The translations under genes and the position numbers were made by a program. Below the pieces are notes generated by a model. It was not told where the DNA came from. It made no database searches and saw nothing but the letters and a program-made list of their open reading frames with translations. Below, piece after piece: positions 47,153 through 61,071 of a stretch of 64,000 nt of DNA. Location of the stretch: assembly GCF_009914755.1 (NCBI RefSeq), contig NC_060928.1; one strand, given 5' to 3'. Origin of the DNA: the human T2T-CHM13v2.0 reference genome, Homo sapiens. How positions within the stretch are numbered: position 1 is the stretch's first letter; every line of letters starts with the position of its first letter.

Positions 47153-47964
47153 GTTAAATCATATAATTCATAATAATTATTAAATTACTAGCACATAAAA
47201 ACCACTTACAAAAAATGTCCCTACCATTTAATTAACTCTGATTCAATCACAGAACGTTTATTGAGCACCTACTTTGTTTGTGACTAGGGATATAAAAGTA
47301 AATGAGACACAAACACCTTGAAATACAATTGTTATATTAGTCCTAATGATCCAACCTTTCCTTCATTACATCAGGCATTTTTGCAGCTCTGTGCCTTTGT
47401 TTAAAAGGAACATTATTTTTCCTTTTTTCACTTTGTTAACATTTTACTAAACCCCAATTCTATAAGCGCAAGCCTACATATCATTTTTAGAATTGGAATA
47501 CTCTGAACTCAACTCAACCATATTTTACTTATTTTTTATTCACAATATATAGCATGCCTTTTCTCATTCAGTAGATGACTGTTTAACAAATGAATGAATG
47601 AACAAATATTTAAGTCAATAAATGAAGGCAGTGTATTAACTCTTGCAGTTGTAATTCTAGTAGGCAACTGATACAACAGGCTCATATATATGTGCTCTAG
47701 TAGGACTTTAGAGAGCAAAAAGTTGCATTTCCCTAATGTACAGTCCCAAATAATGTTTGTTTCTGTTTGAAAACTTTCTTTATTCTCCAGAGCCTACCAA
47801 GTTAAGAATATTCTCCATGGATATTCATATTATTGCCCCACCTAACTTTTTCTAAACAATTGTACAACTCCCTTAAATTTATACTGTACTCTATTCATAT
47901 GGTACTAAATAGCATTTCCCTCAATTTGAAACCAACCCAATATTCTCATAAACAGCTTTTTTTA

Positions 47965-48376
47965 GATAAATATAGAAATCGATTATTTTGGTCGAAAAGC
48001 TTGAAACATATTGGTTTTGTCTGAGTCCCTTCCTCAGGAAAGAATCCAAGTCCTCTCAAAAAGTATGAAAGAACTGAGACTCATCAGATTATTGCATCCA
48101 GACAATGAGAAACCAAGCCTCTTATTCATCATGATGACTTCTTTCCTTACCACCCCATTTCTGTTTTCCCATGCTAGTTACATTCCTTTCCTGCTATATA
48201 AACCCCTAATTTTAGTCAGTCAGGGAGATGGACTTGAAGCTGATTTTCCATATCTTAGGCTTCATTCAGCACCCAATTAAAGCCTTCTTCTTGGGGAATA
48301 CTCCTTGTCTCAATCATTAGCTGTCTGTGTTGCAAGCAGCAGGATCTAGACCAAATAGCCTGTGTATCAGAAACAA
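47965..48376 (+). mobile_element. ERV1 MER4-group solo LTR (MER66-like)
   Basis: TATA (ctatataaacccc), polyA signal attaaagccttctt, ends ..agaaaca. The subfamily is tentative. Confidence 0.65.
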
Positions 48377-49703
48377 ATTCAGGTATTTACGTATTTCTGC
48401 CTCCAAGAATGTGTTCATGAAATAGAATTAAGAAGGTACATAGTGATATTTTTTGGCAGTATTCATTTTCTCCACAGCCAAAATACACCCTAGAGAGGAA
48501 CTTAGTCCTCAGACACAATGCTTTAGGGATTGAAAAGACAGAAAAAGTGATCTCAGAGGACTGGAAAAGAGACTGTATGTAACATATGGTGATGATCATT
48601 TATTCTTCTTTAATACATGGCAGATTCTTTGGGAAGAGCATAGTCACATGACAATGCAAGTGAGGCTCATTCGGTGCTCCTCAATCTTTACCAAATGAGC
48701 TTTTGAGAATTTCTTTGTTATTTTTACCAGCCAGCACTGAATGTAAGTGACATTAACAGTTATGAGACAATGGCAGAGCTGGAAGGACTATGAGAGTAAA
48801 TCTCATCCAACATTCTCTTTCCAAATAGGTTATGACATGAATGGCTTTTATGTGGTACAGGCCTATAATTAAAACTTCATCATCAATATCACTATCATTG
48901 TTTTGTTCCTTTTATCTGTTGATGTATTTCTTCCAAAAATGTCTTATACTGAAATAAATTTTGAAGAAGTTATGCCAAGAGCCTCAACCTCCCACTTCTC
49001 TTTAGATAGGTTGACTCTTGTAGTGATACCTAGAGCTTGAAGGATATCCAAATTTGGTTGAAACATTCCAGTTTAGGCAATGCTATATTTCAACAGCACC
49101 AATCAAAGATATCCTGTGCAGTCTATTTTATTGTTTTACCAACAAACAAGTTTCTTAGCATTCAATTCTATTTATATAGAATTATAGAAAAAGTGATTTG
49201 CTACAATTTAGAATCCTCCTATCCAATGAAAATAGACATAAGGTATTTTCAAAAATAGTTGTATTAGTCAAATCAATGAAATTAGCACAGAATATGTTTA
49301 CTTAGGAGATCATATCTCAAATCACAATATTAGCCTTAGAGGCTAAAATACCATGGGGAAAAGAAGTGTTTAGATGAGAACATGAGGATGAATGCTTCCA
49401 AAATGGGAGCAAAAATTTTATTGGTAGATTTTTATTGTGTTGGGGAGATGCTTAGAGCAGAGGCAATTGTGAAACACTTTGCACTGTGGACAGCTATGCA
49501 CATTTCTCTATATGTGGAAGTGTTTATTCATTTTTTGAGTTCAGTTTTAAGTAGCAAATAGCCTACTGCAGTGATACAAACCATTGTCCTTAAGAGAAAT
49601 GTCTGGTATAAGTAGTATGCTTACTGGTAATTTTTTTCTAATTTCCTGTTATAAAATAAGATGTAGTGCCTTATTCTTGAATACTATAAAGAAAATTTGA
49701 GGT

Positions 49704-50060
49704 CAGCAATTTTCAGATATTTTGATCTCAGGAAACTTTTACAAGTTTAAATATCATTGAGAGTCCCAGAAAGCTTTTGTTTAGATGAATTATATTTATC
49801 ACTGATTAAAAATAAATCTGAGAAAATTTTAAAACACAAGAATGCACAAGCACACACTGTAATGGGTATTAGGATAATAATGTCATCAATCTCCAGGTAT
49901 TCGCTGGAAAACCAAATTGAGCAATCATAAGAGAATAGGAGGAAAACTGTCAAATCATGCATTAATATTATTATATAAATAGTTTTGAAATTCAACTTCC
50001 CTTGGTGAAGTCATGGGGGCTCCTGGGGAGTCCCTGGGCCAAACTTTAGAAATAATTTAG
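49704..50060. mobile_element. hAT-Charlie family DNA transposon relic
   Basis: The decayed TIR-like start cagcaattttcaga..gatctcagga and end ..ccaaactttagaaa resemble Charlie-derived MITEs. Confidence 0.6.
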
Positions 50061-50164
50061 ATGAGTATATTTTAAAATATATTGGAAATCCATTGAGAAT
50101 TAGTATATTTTAAAAGTATATTAAAATTTATTCAGAATTGTGACATGTTTTGGCAGTGAAATTA

Positions 50165-50611
<447 letters not shown>

Positions 50612-50884
50612 TTATATTACTGTATTCCAGCTTTCACACAGAGAAAACATTTTCTTCACTAAGTAGAAATTTAATTATCTAAAATAAACTGTTAGAAACC
50701 TAAACTTTCCAGTAGTGTTTTAAACAATCTGGTTCAATGTATGTGCATATCATATCACATTGAGTGTCCACAACAAATTCCAACTTGATGCATTTCTCGA
50801 GTACCCTAATAAAACAATACCCAGAACTCCCTGCAATCTTAAATGTCTTTCTTTTAAGAAAGCAAAACAAAGGAGGAAAACAAG

Positions 50885-51251
50885 TGATATGATTTAGTTG
50901 TGTCCCCACCCAAATCTCATCTTGAATTGTAGCTCCCATAATTCCCATGTGTTGTGGGAGGGACCTGGCAGGAGATAATTGAATCATGGGGGCAGTTTCC
51001 CCCATACTGTTCTCGTGGTAGTGATTAAGGCTTATGAGATAAGGCTCATGGTTTTATAAGGGGAAACCCCTTTCACTTGGCTCTCTGATTCTCTCTTGCA
51101 GTGGCTGTGTAAGACGTGCCTTTTGCCTTCCACCATGATTGTGAGGCCTCCCCAACCACGTGGAACTGGAAGTCCATTAAACTTCTTTTACTTTATAAAT
51201 TACCCAGTCTCAGATATGTCGTTCTCAGTAGCATAAAACTGGACTAATACA
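50885..51251 (+). mobile_element. THE1 solo LTR (THE1C/D-like)
   Basis: tgatatgatttagttgtgtccccacccaaatctcatcttgaattgtagctccc...ggactaataca. The 5-bp TSD is acaag/agaag. Confidence 0.92.
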
Positions 51252-53373
51252 AGAAGTCAACAAAAAAACCTTATTCAAGTAATTTACAAAGGTTTGTGTG
51301 TTATTGTTAACCTATATTTTAGCAGGAATTAAGCTAATTTTCTCACTCCCTTATAGAAATAATATTATCAGCTTGTGATGAAAACAGAAACAATAGTTGC
51401 AAATCTTTCTCTTGGTAGAATGATTGGTATATTATGGAAAATCCAAACAAAAGTATTGTATTAAAGAAAGTATTTTGTGGCTAAATAATTTTATCATATT
51501 CAATTTTAGAGCTAACTTTTAGCTGTAGGTTACTAGATTGCCTTTGATGGTGCTGAAATAATACTGTAGATATGTGGGAAGTTCACTAAATTCACTAGCA
51601 AATGTAAGAAAACATTTATGTTTAATTAGAAGTGTTCATCGGTGCACAGTAGTCTGGTTAGAAAATGTGCTTTTTAACCGTTTTTCATATAAAATGTTGA
51701 TACCAGTTTAGGCAATCAAGTACTTTAATAAGATACCTAAGCAACAGTTCAACATGTCAATATTTTGAGACTGTTATGATATTATCGCATATTTACTAAT
51801 ATTAGGGAGAAAAAAACTTTGTTTCCCCTGCTCTATAAGGTTAAATTATTAACTATTAGATTAGATGAAATGCTAAATAAAAAATAACATCTCTTTCTCT
51901 CTCTTTTCCACTTCTCCCTCCTTTCCTCACTGCTTCTCTTTTCTTTTAAAAATAGTGAGCTCAGCAAATATAAGAATGAGGAAACACTATTAACCCTCAA
52001 AACTCTGCACATGTGTTAATAACATTACTTGTTTCTGGTACTTGTGGTTTTTTAATTGATGCATAATACACATGTATGTTTTGGGGGTACATGCGATAAT
52101 TTAATACATTCATATAATTTGTAAAGATCAAGTCAATATATTTGGAATCTCCATCACCTTAAATATTTAGCTTTGCTTTATGCTATGAACATTCAAATTA
52201 TTGTCTTCTAGCAACTTGAAAAGTACAATAGAATAATGTTAACTAGAGTCACTCTGCTAATCTGTCGAACAATAGGTCTTATCAATTTTATTACACCATA
52301 TATTTGGTTCCATTAATCAACTACTATGCATCCATCACCCACACTTCTCAGGCTCTGGTAACCACCAGCTACTCAGTCTTCATGAGATACAATTTTTTTT
52401 AGCCCCACATGAATCAGGAAATGTGGTATTTGTCTTTCTGTGCTTGGCTTACTTCACTTAACATAATGACTTCCAGTTTCATCCTTGTTGCTACAAATGA
52501 CAGGATTTCATTCTTACTTATGGCTGAATAATAGTCCATTTCTGTTTCATACCACATTTTCTTTATTCTTTAATCAATTGATGTGAACATACATTGATCT
52601 ACTGTGAATAGCACTGCCATAAACATTAGTACAGATATCTCTTCAAGACATTGACTTCCTTTCTTTTATATCCAGTATTGAAATTGCTAGATCATATCAT
52701 AGCTCTATTTTTTTTTTTGAGGAACCGCCATACTTTTCTCCACAGTATCTGAACTAATTTACATTCCCACTGACAAACAGTATACCAGGGTTCCCCTTTC
52801 TCCACAACCTCATCAGCATTTGTTATTTATCAAATTTTGTAAAATATTTGATAAAAGCCATTTAAAATGGGGTGAGATAATATCTCACTATTGTTTAAAT
52901 TCGCATTTCTCTCATGATTAGTGATATTAAGAATTTTTTTCATGTATGTGGTGGCCCTTTATATGTCTTCCTTAAAGAGGTATTTGTTCAAATCTCTTGC
53001 CCTTTTTTAAATTGGATATTTGTTTGTTTGTTCTTGCAATTTGTTCTTTGAGCTCCCTGTATAGTCTGTTTATAAATCTCTTGTCAAACAGATAGTTTGC
53101 AAGTATTTTATCCCAGTCTATGGATTCTCTCCTCACTTTGCTTATTGTTTTTGCTGCAGAAAATTTTTAGCTTGATGTAATCTCATTTGTCTATTTGATA
53201 TGGTTTTTCTCTGTCCCCACCCAAATCTCATGTCCAACTGTAATTCACATTGTTGGAGGAGGGACCTGGTGGGAAGTGATTAAATCATGGAGGTGGACTT
53301 CCTCCTTGCTGTTCTCATAATAGAGTTCTCAGGAGATCTGGTTATTTGAAAGTGCATAGCACTTCCTCCTTCC

Positions 53374-53415
<42 letters not shown>

Positions 53416-53973
53416 TCCTCTTGCTCTCGCTCTCTTCTGTTGGCCATGTAAGAAGTGCTGGCTTCCCCTTCTTCCACCATGATTATTAGTACCCTGAGGT
53501 CCCTTGAGCCATGCCTCCTGTACAGGGTGCAGAACTGTGGGTCAATTAAACCTCTTTTTTAAAATAGATTACCCAGTCTCAGGTAATTCTTTATAGCAGT
53601 GTGAGAATGGACTAATACAGAAAATTGGTACCACAGAAGTGGGTGATTTCTATAAAGATACCTGAAAATGTGGAGGCAGCTTTGAAACTGAGTAATGGGT
53701 AGAGGTTGGAACAGTTTGGAGGGATCAGAAGAAGACAGGAAGTTGAGGGAAAGTTTGGAACTTCCTAGAGACTTATTGAATGGTTTCGACCAAAATGCTG
53801 ATAGTATTATGGACAATGAAGTCCAGGCTCAGGATGTCTCAGATGAAGATGAGGAACTTATTGGGAACTGGAATGAAGGTCACTCCTGCTATTCTTTAGT
53901 AAAGAGACTGGCAGCATTGTGCTCATGCTCTTGGCACCTATGGAAATTTGAACTTGAGAGAGATGATATAAGG

Positions 53974-54501
53974 AAGGGGTGTCTAATCTTTTGGCTTCCC
54001 TGGGCCACATTAATAGAAGAAGAATTGGTTTCACACACATAAAGTACACTAACACCAATGAGAGTTGATGAGCTTAAAAGGGGGAGAGAGAGAGAGATGA
54101 AATCTCAAAAAAAAAAAAGTTTTTTTTTTGAGATGGAGTCTCACTATGTTGCCAGGCTGGAGTGCAGTGGCATGATCTCGGCTCACTGAAACCTCTGCCT
54201 CCTGGATTCAAGGGATTCTCCTGCTTCAGACTCCGTAGTAGCTGGGATTACAGGTGCATGTCACCACACCCAGTTAATTTTTGTATTTTTAGTAGAGATG
54301 GTGTTTCACCAGGTTGGCCAGAATGGTCTCAGTCTCTTGACCTCATAATCAGCCCGACTCGGCCTCCCAAAGTGCTGGGATTACAGATGTGAGCCACCGT
54401 GCCTGACTTATTTTAAAGAAAGTTTATGGATTTGTGTTGAGCCACATTCAAAGCCACCCTGGGCCACATGTGGTCTGCGGGCCATGGGTTGGACAAGCTT
54501 G
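53974..54501 (+). mobile_element. MER30 (hAT MITE) inserted in MSTA-int
   Basis: aggggtgtctaatcttttggcttccctgggccacatt...gggttggacaagcttg matches MER30. The decayed 8-bp TSD is atataagg/atttagtg. Confidence 0.9.
54120..54408 (-). mobile_element. AluSc-like element inserted in MER30
   Basis: Has tgttgccaggctgg (the Sc 1-nt deletion). It splits MER30 at aatctca|..ttttaaagaaagttta. Confidence 0.92.
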
Positions 54502-54634
54502 ATTTAGTGTATTTCTTGGAAGCAATTTCTAAGCAGCAAAGTGTTCAAGATGTGGTCTGGCTGCTTCTAAAAGCCTAGCACATTTGCATAAACAAATAAG
54601 TGACCTGAAACAAACTTACATTTAAAAGGGAAGC

Positions 54635-54988
54635 TGTATTAGTCTGTACTCATGCTGCTAATAAATACATACCCGAAACTGGGTAATTGATAAAGGAAAA
54701 GAGGTTTAATGCACTCACAGTTCCACGTGGCTGGGGAGGCCTCACAATCATGGCAGAAGGCAAATGAGCAAAGTCACATCTTACATGGCAGCAGACAAGA
54801 GAGCTTGTGCAGGGGAACTCCCATTAATAAAACCATCAGATCTCATGAGACTTATTTGTTACCATGAAAACAGTACAGGAGAAATGGCCTCTATGATTCC
54901 TTTATCCCCCCCTGGCCTCACCCTTAACACGTAGGGATTGTTACAATTCCAGTTGAGATTTGTGTGGGGACACAGCCAAACCATATCA
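54635..54988 (-). mobile_element. THE1D-like solo LTR inserted in MSTA-int
   Basis: tgtattagtc...aaaccatatca with an exact TSD gaagc at 54630-54634 and 54989-54993. Confidence 0.92.
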
Positions 54989-55812
54989 GAAGCAGTGCAT
55001 AAAAGTTTGGAACATTTTCAGGCTGGCCATGTGGTAGAAAAAACAAAAAAATCTAGGAGGGAATTCAAGCCGGCAGAAATTTCCATAAATAAAGAAGACC
55101 TGAATGTTAATAGCCAAGACAATGTGGACTATGCCTCCAAGGTATTTCAGAGACCTTTGCAGCAGCCCCTGCCATCACAGGCTAAGAGGCCTAGGCCCAG
55201 GGCCTCACTGCTTTGTGAAGCCTCAGGACATGGTGCCTTGTGTCCAAGCCACTCCAGCTCCAGCCATGGCTAAAAAGGCCAAGGTACAGCTCAGGCTATT
55301 GCTTCAGAGGGTGCAAGCCCCAAGTTTTGGCAGCCTCCATGTGGTGTTAAGCATGTGGGTATGCACAGGGCAAGAGTTAAGGCTTGGGAGTCTCCACCTA
55401 GATTTCAGAGGATGTATGGAAACACCTGGATGTCCAGATAGAAGTCTGCTGCAGGGGCAAAGGCCTCATGGAGAACCTCTATTAAGGCAGTGCAGAAAGG
55501 AAATGTGGGGTTGGATCCCTCATGGAGAGCCCCCAATGGGGCAATGGCTAATGGAGCTGTGAGAAGAGAGCCACTGTCCTCCAGACCCAGAATGGTAGAT
55601 CCGTCAATATCTTGTACCATGCACCTGCAAAAGCTGCAGGCACTCAGAAACAGCCTGTAAAAGCAGTTGCAGGGGCTGTAGCTGTACTCTGCAGAGCCAC
55701 AGGGGCAGAACTGCTTAATGCCTTTGGAGCTCACCGCTTGCATCAGTGTGGCCTGGATGTGAGACATGGAGTCAAAGGAGATTATTTTGGAGCTTTAAAT
55801 TTTAATGACTTC

Positions 55813-58161
55813 TGTTTTAGTCCATTTTCACACTGCTGATAAAGACATACCCAAGACTGGGAAGAAAAAGAGGCTTAATTAAACATACAGTTCAACATGG
55901 CAGGGGAGGCCTTAGAATCATGGCAGAAGGTGAATGGCTCTTCTTACATGGTGGCAGCAAGAGAAAATAAGGAACATGCAAAAGTAGAAACCCCTGATAA
56001 AACCATTAGATCTTGTGAGACTTGTCTACTACCTCAAAAACAGTATGGGAGAAACTTCCCCCATGAATCAAATTATCTCCCACCATATTCCTCCCATAAG
56101 ACATAGGAATTATGAGAGTACAATTCAAGATGAGATTTGGGTGGGGACACAGAGCCAAACCATATCATTCCACTAATTCCTCCAAATCTCACGTCCTCAC
56201 GTTTCAAAATCAATCATGCCTTCCCAACAGTCCCCCAAAGTCTTAACTCATTTCAGCATTAATCCAAAAGTCCACAGTCCAAAGTCTCATCTGAGACAAG
56301 GCAAGATCCTTCCACCTACAAGCCTGTAAAATCAAAAGCAAGCTAGTTACTTCCTAGATACAATGGGGGTACAGGTATTGGGCAAATACAGCCATTCCAA
56401 ATGGGAGAAATCAGCCAAGATAAAGGAGTTACAGGGCCCATGCAAGCCTGAAATCCAGGAGGGCAGTCAAATCTTAAAGCTCCAAAAAGATCTCCTTTGA
56501 CTCCATATCTTGCATTCAGGTCACTCTGATGAAATTGTTGAGTTCCCATGGTCTTGGGCAGCTCTGGCCCTGTGGCTCTGCAGGGTGCAGCCTTCCTTTC
56601 AACTGTTTCACAGGCTGGTGTTGAGTGTCTGTGACTTTTCCAGGCACATGGTGAAAGTTGTCAGTGAATCTACCATTCTGGGGTCTGGAGGACAGCGGCC
56701 CTCTTCTCACAGCTCCACTAGGTGATGCCGCAGTAGGGACTCTGTGTGGGGGCTCCAACCCCATATTTCACTTCTGCACTGTCATAGCAGAGGTTTTTCA
56801 TGAGAGTCCTGCCCCTACAGCAAACTTATGCCTGGGCACCCAGGCATTTTCATACATCTTCTGAAATCTCGGCAGAGGTTCCCAAACCCCAGTTCTTGAA
56901 TTCTGTGCACTCACAGGCTCACACCATGTGGAAGCTGCCAAGGCTTGGGGCTTGCAGCCTCTGAAGCCACAGCCTGAGCTCTACATTGGCCCCTTTCAGC
57001 CATGGCTGGAGCTTCTGGGATGCAGGGCACCAAAGTTTTAGGCTGCATGTAGCACAGGGACCCTGGGCCCAGCCCACAAAACCATTTTTTCCTGCTAGGC
57101 CTCTGGGCCTGTGATGCGAGGAGTTGCTGTGAAGACCTCTGACATGCCCTGGAGACATTTTACCCATTGTCTCGAGGATTAACATTCGGCTCCTTGTTAC
57201 TTTTGCAAATTTCAGCAGCAGGCTTGAATTTCACCTCAGAAAATGGGATTTCCTTTTCTATTGCATTGTCAGGCTCCAAATTTTCCAAACTTTTAGGCTC
57301 TGTTTCCCTTATAAAACTGAATGCCTTTAACAGCACCTGAGTCACCTCTTGAATGCTCTGCTGCTGAGAAATGTCTTCCACCAGATACCCTAAGTCATCT
57401 CTCTCAAGTTCAAATTCCACAAATCTCTAGGGCAGGGGCAAAATGCCACCAGTCTTTGCTATAAACATAACAAGAGTCACCTTTGCCCCATTTCTCAACA
57501 AGTTCCTCATCTCCATCTGAGACCACCCGAGCTTAGACCTCATAGTTCATATCACTATCAGCATTTTTCTGATTCAAAAGCTATTAAACAAGTCTCTAGG
57601 AAGTTCCAAACTTTCCCACATTTTCCTATCTTCTTCCAAGCCCTCCAAACTGTTCCAACCTGTTTACCCAGTTCCAGTCACTTCCACATTTTCAGGTATC
57701 TTTTCAGCAGGATGCTAGTCTACTGGTACCAATTTAATGTAGTAGTTCATTTTCACTCTGTTGATAAAGACATACCTGAGACTGGAAAGAAAAAGAGGTT
57801 TAATTGGACTTACAGTTCCACATGGCTGGGGAGGCCATGTGGAGAATCATGGCAGATGGCAAAAGACACTTCTTACATGGTGGCAGCAAGAGAAAATGAG
57901 GAAGATGCAAAAGCAGAAATCCCTGATAAAACCATCAGATCTCATGAGACTTGCCCACTACCACAAGAATAGTATGGGGGAAACCACCCTTATGATTCAA
58001 CTTGTCTTCCACCCTGTCTCTCCAACAGCATATAGGAATTATGGGAGTACAAATCAAAGATTCAACTTATCTTCCACCCTGTCTCTCCAACAGCTTATAG
58101 GAATTATGGGAGTACAAATCAGAATGAGATTTGGGTGGGGACACAGAACCAAACCATATCA
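55813..58161 (-). mobile_element. Full-length THE1C-like provirus (3' LTR 55813-56167, internal, 5' LTR 57738-58161) inserted in MSTA-int
   Basis: Two LTRs contain actggg/aaagaaaaagagg. The internal boundary is ggtaccaattta. The decayed TSD acttc/accgc is consistent with an ancestral actgc. Confidence 0.9.
57994..58121. repeat. 65-bp tandem duplication in the THE1 5' LTR
   Basis: gattcaactt(g/a)tcttccaccctgtctctccaacagc(a/t)tataggaattatgggagtacaaatca starts at 57994 and again at 58059. Confidence 0.95.
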
Positions 58162-59776
58162 ACCGCCTGCTAGTTTTCAGACTTGCATGGGTCATGTAGC
58201 CCCTTTGTTTTGGCCAATTTCTCCCATTTGGAATGGAAACATTTACTCAATATCTGTACCCCAACTGTATCTTGGAAGTAACTAAATTGTTTTTGATTTT
58301 ACACACTTACAGGCAGAAGGGACTCACTTTGTCTCAGATGAGCCTTTGGACATGGACTTTTGAGTTAATGCTAGAATGAGTTAAGACTTTAGGGGACTGT
58401 TGGAAAGGTGAGATTACATTTTGAAATGTATGAATGTAAGTTTGAACTGTAATTCAACATGAGAATTCGTTGGAGTGTTAGAGGAGGTGCCTGGTGGGAG
58501 GAGACTGAACCATGGGGGAAGACTTCTGCTTTGCTCTTTTCATAATAGAGTTCTCACAAGATGTGTTTGTTTGAAATTGTGTAGCACTTCCCCCTTCACT
58601 CTCTTGCTCTCTCTCTCCTGCCTGGCATGTAAGATGTACTGACTTCCCCTTCATCTTCCACCATGATTGTAAGTTCCCTGAGGCCTCCCCAGCCATGTGT
58701 CCTGTACAGCCTGCAGAACTGTGAATCAATTAAACCTCTTTTTTTTTTAAATGAATTACCCAGTCTCAGGTAGTTCTTTATAGCAGTGTGAGGACAGACT
58801 AATACACTATTTTTGCTTTAATTGCCTGTTCTTCTGAAGTCTTACACACAAAAATTTGCCCAGACTAATGTTGTGGAGTATTTCTCCAATATCTTCTTCT
58901 ATTAGTTTTATAGTTTTAAATCTTAAATTTAAATCTTTGATATTTTTTATTGGATTTATATGGATTTGAGAGACAGGTCTAGTTTCATTTCTCTGCATAT
59001 AGTTATCTAGTTTTCCCAGCACCATTTATTGAAGATACTGTCCTGTCCCCATTGTATGTTATTGGTATCTTTGTCAAAGGTAAGTGGCTCTAAATACATG
59101 GGTTTATTTCTGGGTTCTCTATTCTGTTCCACTGGTCTTTGTGTCTATTTTCATACCAGTGACATGCTGATTTGGATACTGTAGTTCTGTAGTAAATTTT
59201 GAAGTCAGGTAGTGTGATCCTTCTAGCATTGTTCTGTTCTTTTTGCTCAGGATTGCTTTTGCTATTCAGGACATTTTGTGAATCCTTTTAATTTTTACAA
59301 TTATTTTTATATTTTTGTGAAGAATGTCATTGGTATTTTGATAATAATTGCATTTCATCTGTAAATTGCTTTGGGTAGTACTGCCATTTTAACAATATTA
59401 ATTCTTCCAATTCATGAGCGTGGAATATTTTCCATTTTTTGTGTCATCCTCATCCTCAATTATTTTCATCAATGTTTTATAGTTTTCCTTGTATAGATCT
59501 TTTACTTGTTTGGCTAAACTGATTCCTAGGTATTTTATATTTTTTGTAACTATTGTAAATGGGATTGCTTTCTTGATTCCTTTTTCAGATTGTTTGCTCT
59601 GGGTGTATATAAATGTTGTTGATTTTTGTATGTTGGTTTTGTGTTCTGCAAATTTAGTAAATTCATTTATTAGTTTTAAGAGTATTTGTGGAGTTTGTAG
59701 GTGTTTCTATGTTTATAACCACGTCAGCTGTGAACAAAGCTAATTTGACTTCTTCCTTTCCAATGCTCTTTCTTTC

Positions 59777-60072
59777 TTTCCTTTTTTTTTTTTTTGAGAG
59801 TTTGTTGTTGTTGCCCAGGCTGGAGTGCAATGGCACCATCTCGGCTCACCACAACCTCCACCTCCGGGGTTCAAGTGATTCTCCTGCCTGAGCCTCCAGA
59901 ATAGCTGGGATTACAGGCATGTACCAACTTGCCTGTCTAATTTTGTATTTTTAGTAGGGATGGGATTTCACCACTTTGGCCAGGCTGGTCTCAAACTCCT
60001 GACTTCAAGTGATCCACCTGCCTTCGCTTCCCAAAGTGCTGAGATTACAAGCATGAGCCACTGCGCTCAGCC
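59777..60072 (-). mobile_element. AluS (Sp/Sq-like) in the L1MA
   Basis: TSD ccaatgctctttctttc (59760-59776) / ccagtgctctttatttc (60075-60091). Confidence 0.93.
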
Positions 60073-61071
60073 CCCCAGTGCTCTTTATTTCTTTTCCTTG
60101 CCTAATTGATCTGTCCAGGACTTCCAGTATAATATTGAATAAAAGTGGTGAAAGTTCGCATTTTGTCTTGTTCTACATTTTAAAGGAAAGGCTTTCAGTT
60201 TTTCTCTATTCAGTCTTATCTTAGCTATGGGTTTGTCGTATATGGTATTTATTATTCTGAGATATATTTCTTCTATATTCAGTTTGATGAGGCTTTTTAT
60301 TTAAAGAGATGTTGAATTTTATTACATGCTTTTTCAGCACCTATTAAAATAATCATACTGTTTTGTTCTTGGTTCTGATAATATGATATATCACATTTAT
60401 TAATTCATATATGTTAAACCCTCCTTGCATTCCTAAGATGAATCCCACTTGATTACGGTGAATAATTGTTTCAACGTGTTGTTGAGTTAAGCTTGTTAGT
60501 ATTTTGCTGAGAATTTCTGCATCTGTGTTTATGAGTGATATTGGTCTATAATTTTCTTTTCTAGTTGTGTTCTTGTCTGGTTTTGTTATCAGAGAAATAC
60601 TGGCCTCATAGAACTATTTTCAAAGTATTCCCCTCTCTTCAATACTTTTAAAGAGTTGGAGTAGAATTGGTGTTAATTCTTTAAATGTTTGTTAGAATTC
60701 AGCAGTGAAGTCATCAGGTCCTGGGCCTTTCTTTGATGGGAGCCATTTTATCATGGCTTCTGTCTTGTTACTTGTTATTGGTTTGTTGAGGTTTTCTGTT
60801 TCTTCATAGTTCAATTTTGGTGGGCTATATATGTCCAGGAATTTATCCATTTTTTCTAGGTTTTCCAGTTTCCTGATGTGCAGCTGGTCCTAATGGTCTC
60901 TAATGATTTTTTTTTTTTTAATTTCTGTGGTCTCAGTTGTTATGTCTCCTCTTTCATTTCTGATTTTATTTATTTGGGTCATCTCTCTTTTTTCTTAGTT
61001 TAGCTACTGTTTGTTGATTCTGTCTTGTTGATCTTAGGTATTATTTTCTTAGTATCAATTTTATTTATTTA

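Larger units (their letters stand above)
53196..58806 (+). mobile_element. MSTA MaLR provirus (5' LTR 53196-53619, internal, 3' LTR ~58442-58806)
   Basis: Exact 5-bp TSD ctatt at 53191-53195 and 58807-58811. The LTRs end (g/ca)gactaataca and the internal region begins gaaaattggtacc. Confidence 0.9.

Noticed and set aside
54938-58285. Cluster of 110-174 aa ORFs
   Set aside because: All lie in MSTA/THE1 internal or LTR sequence. The 174-aa frame is lengthened by the 65-bp duplication.
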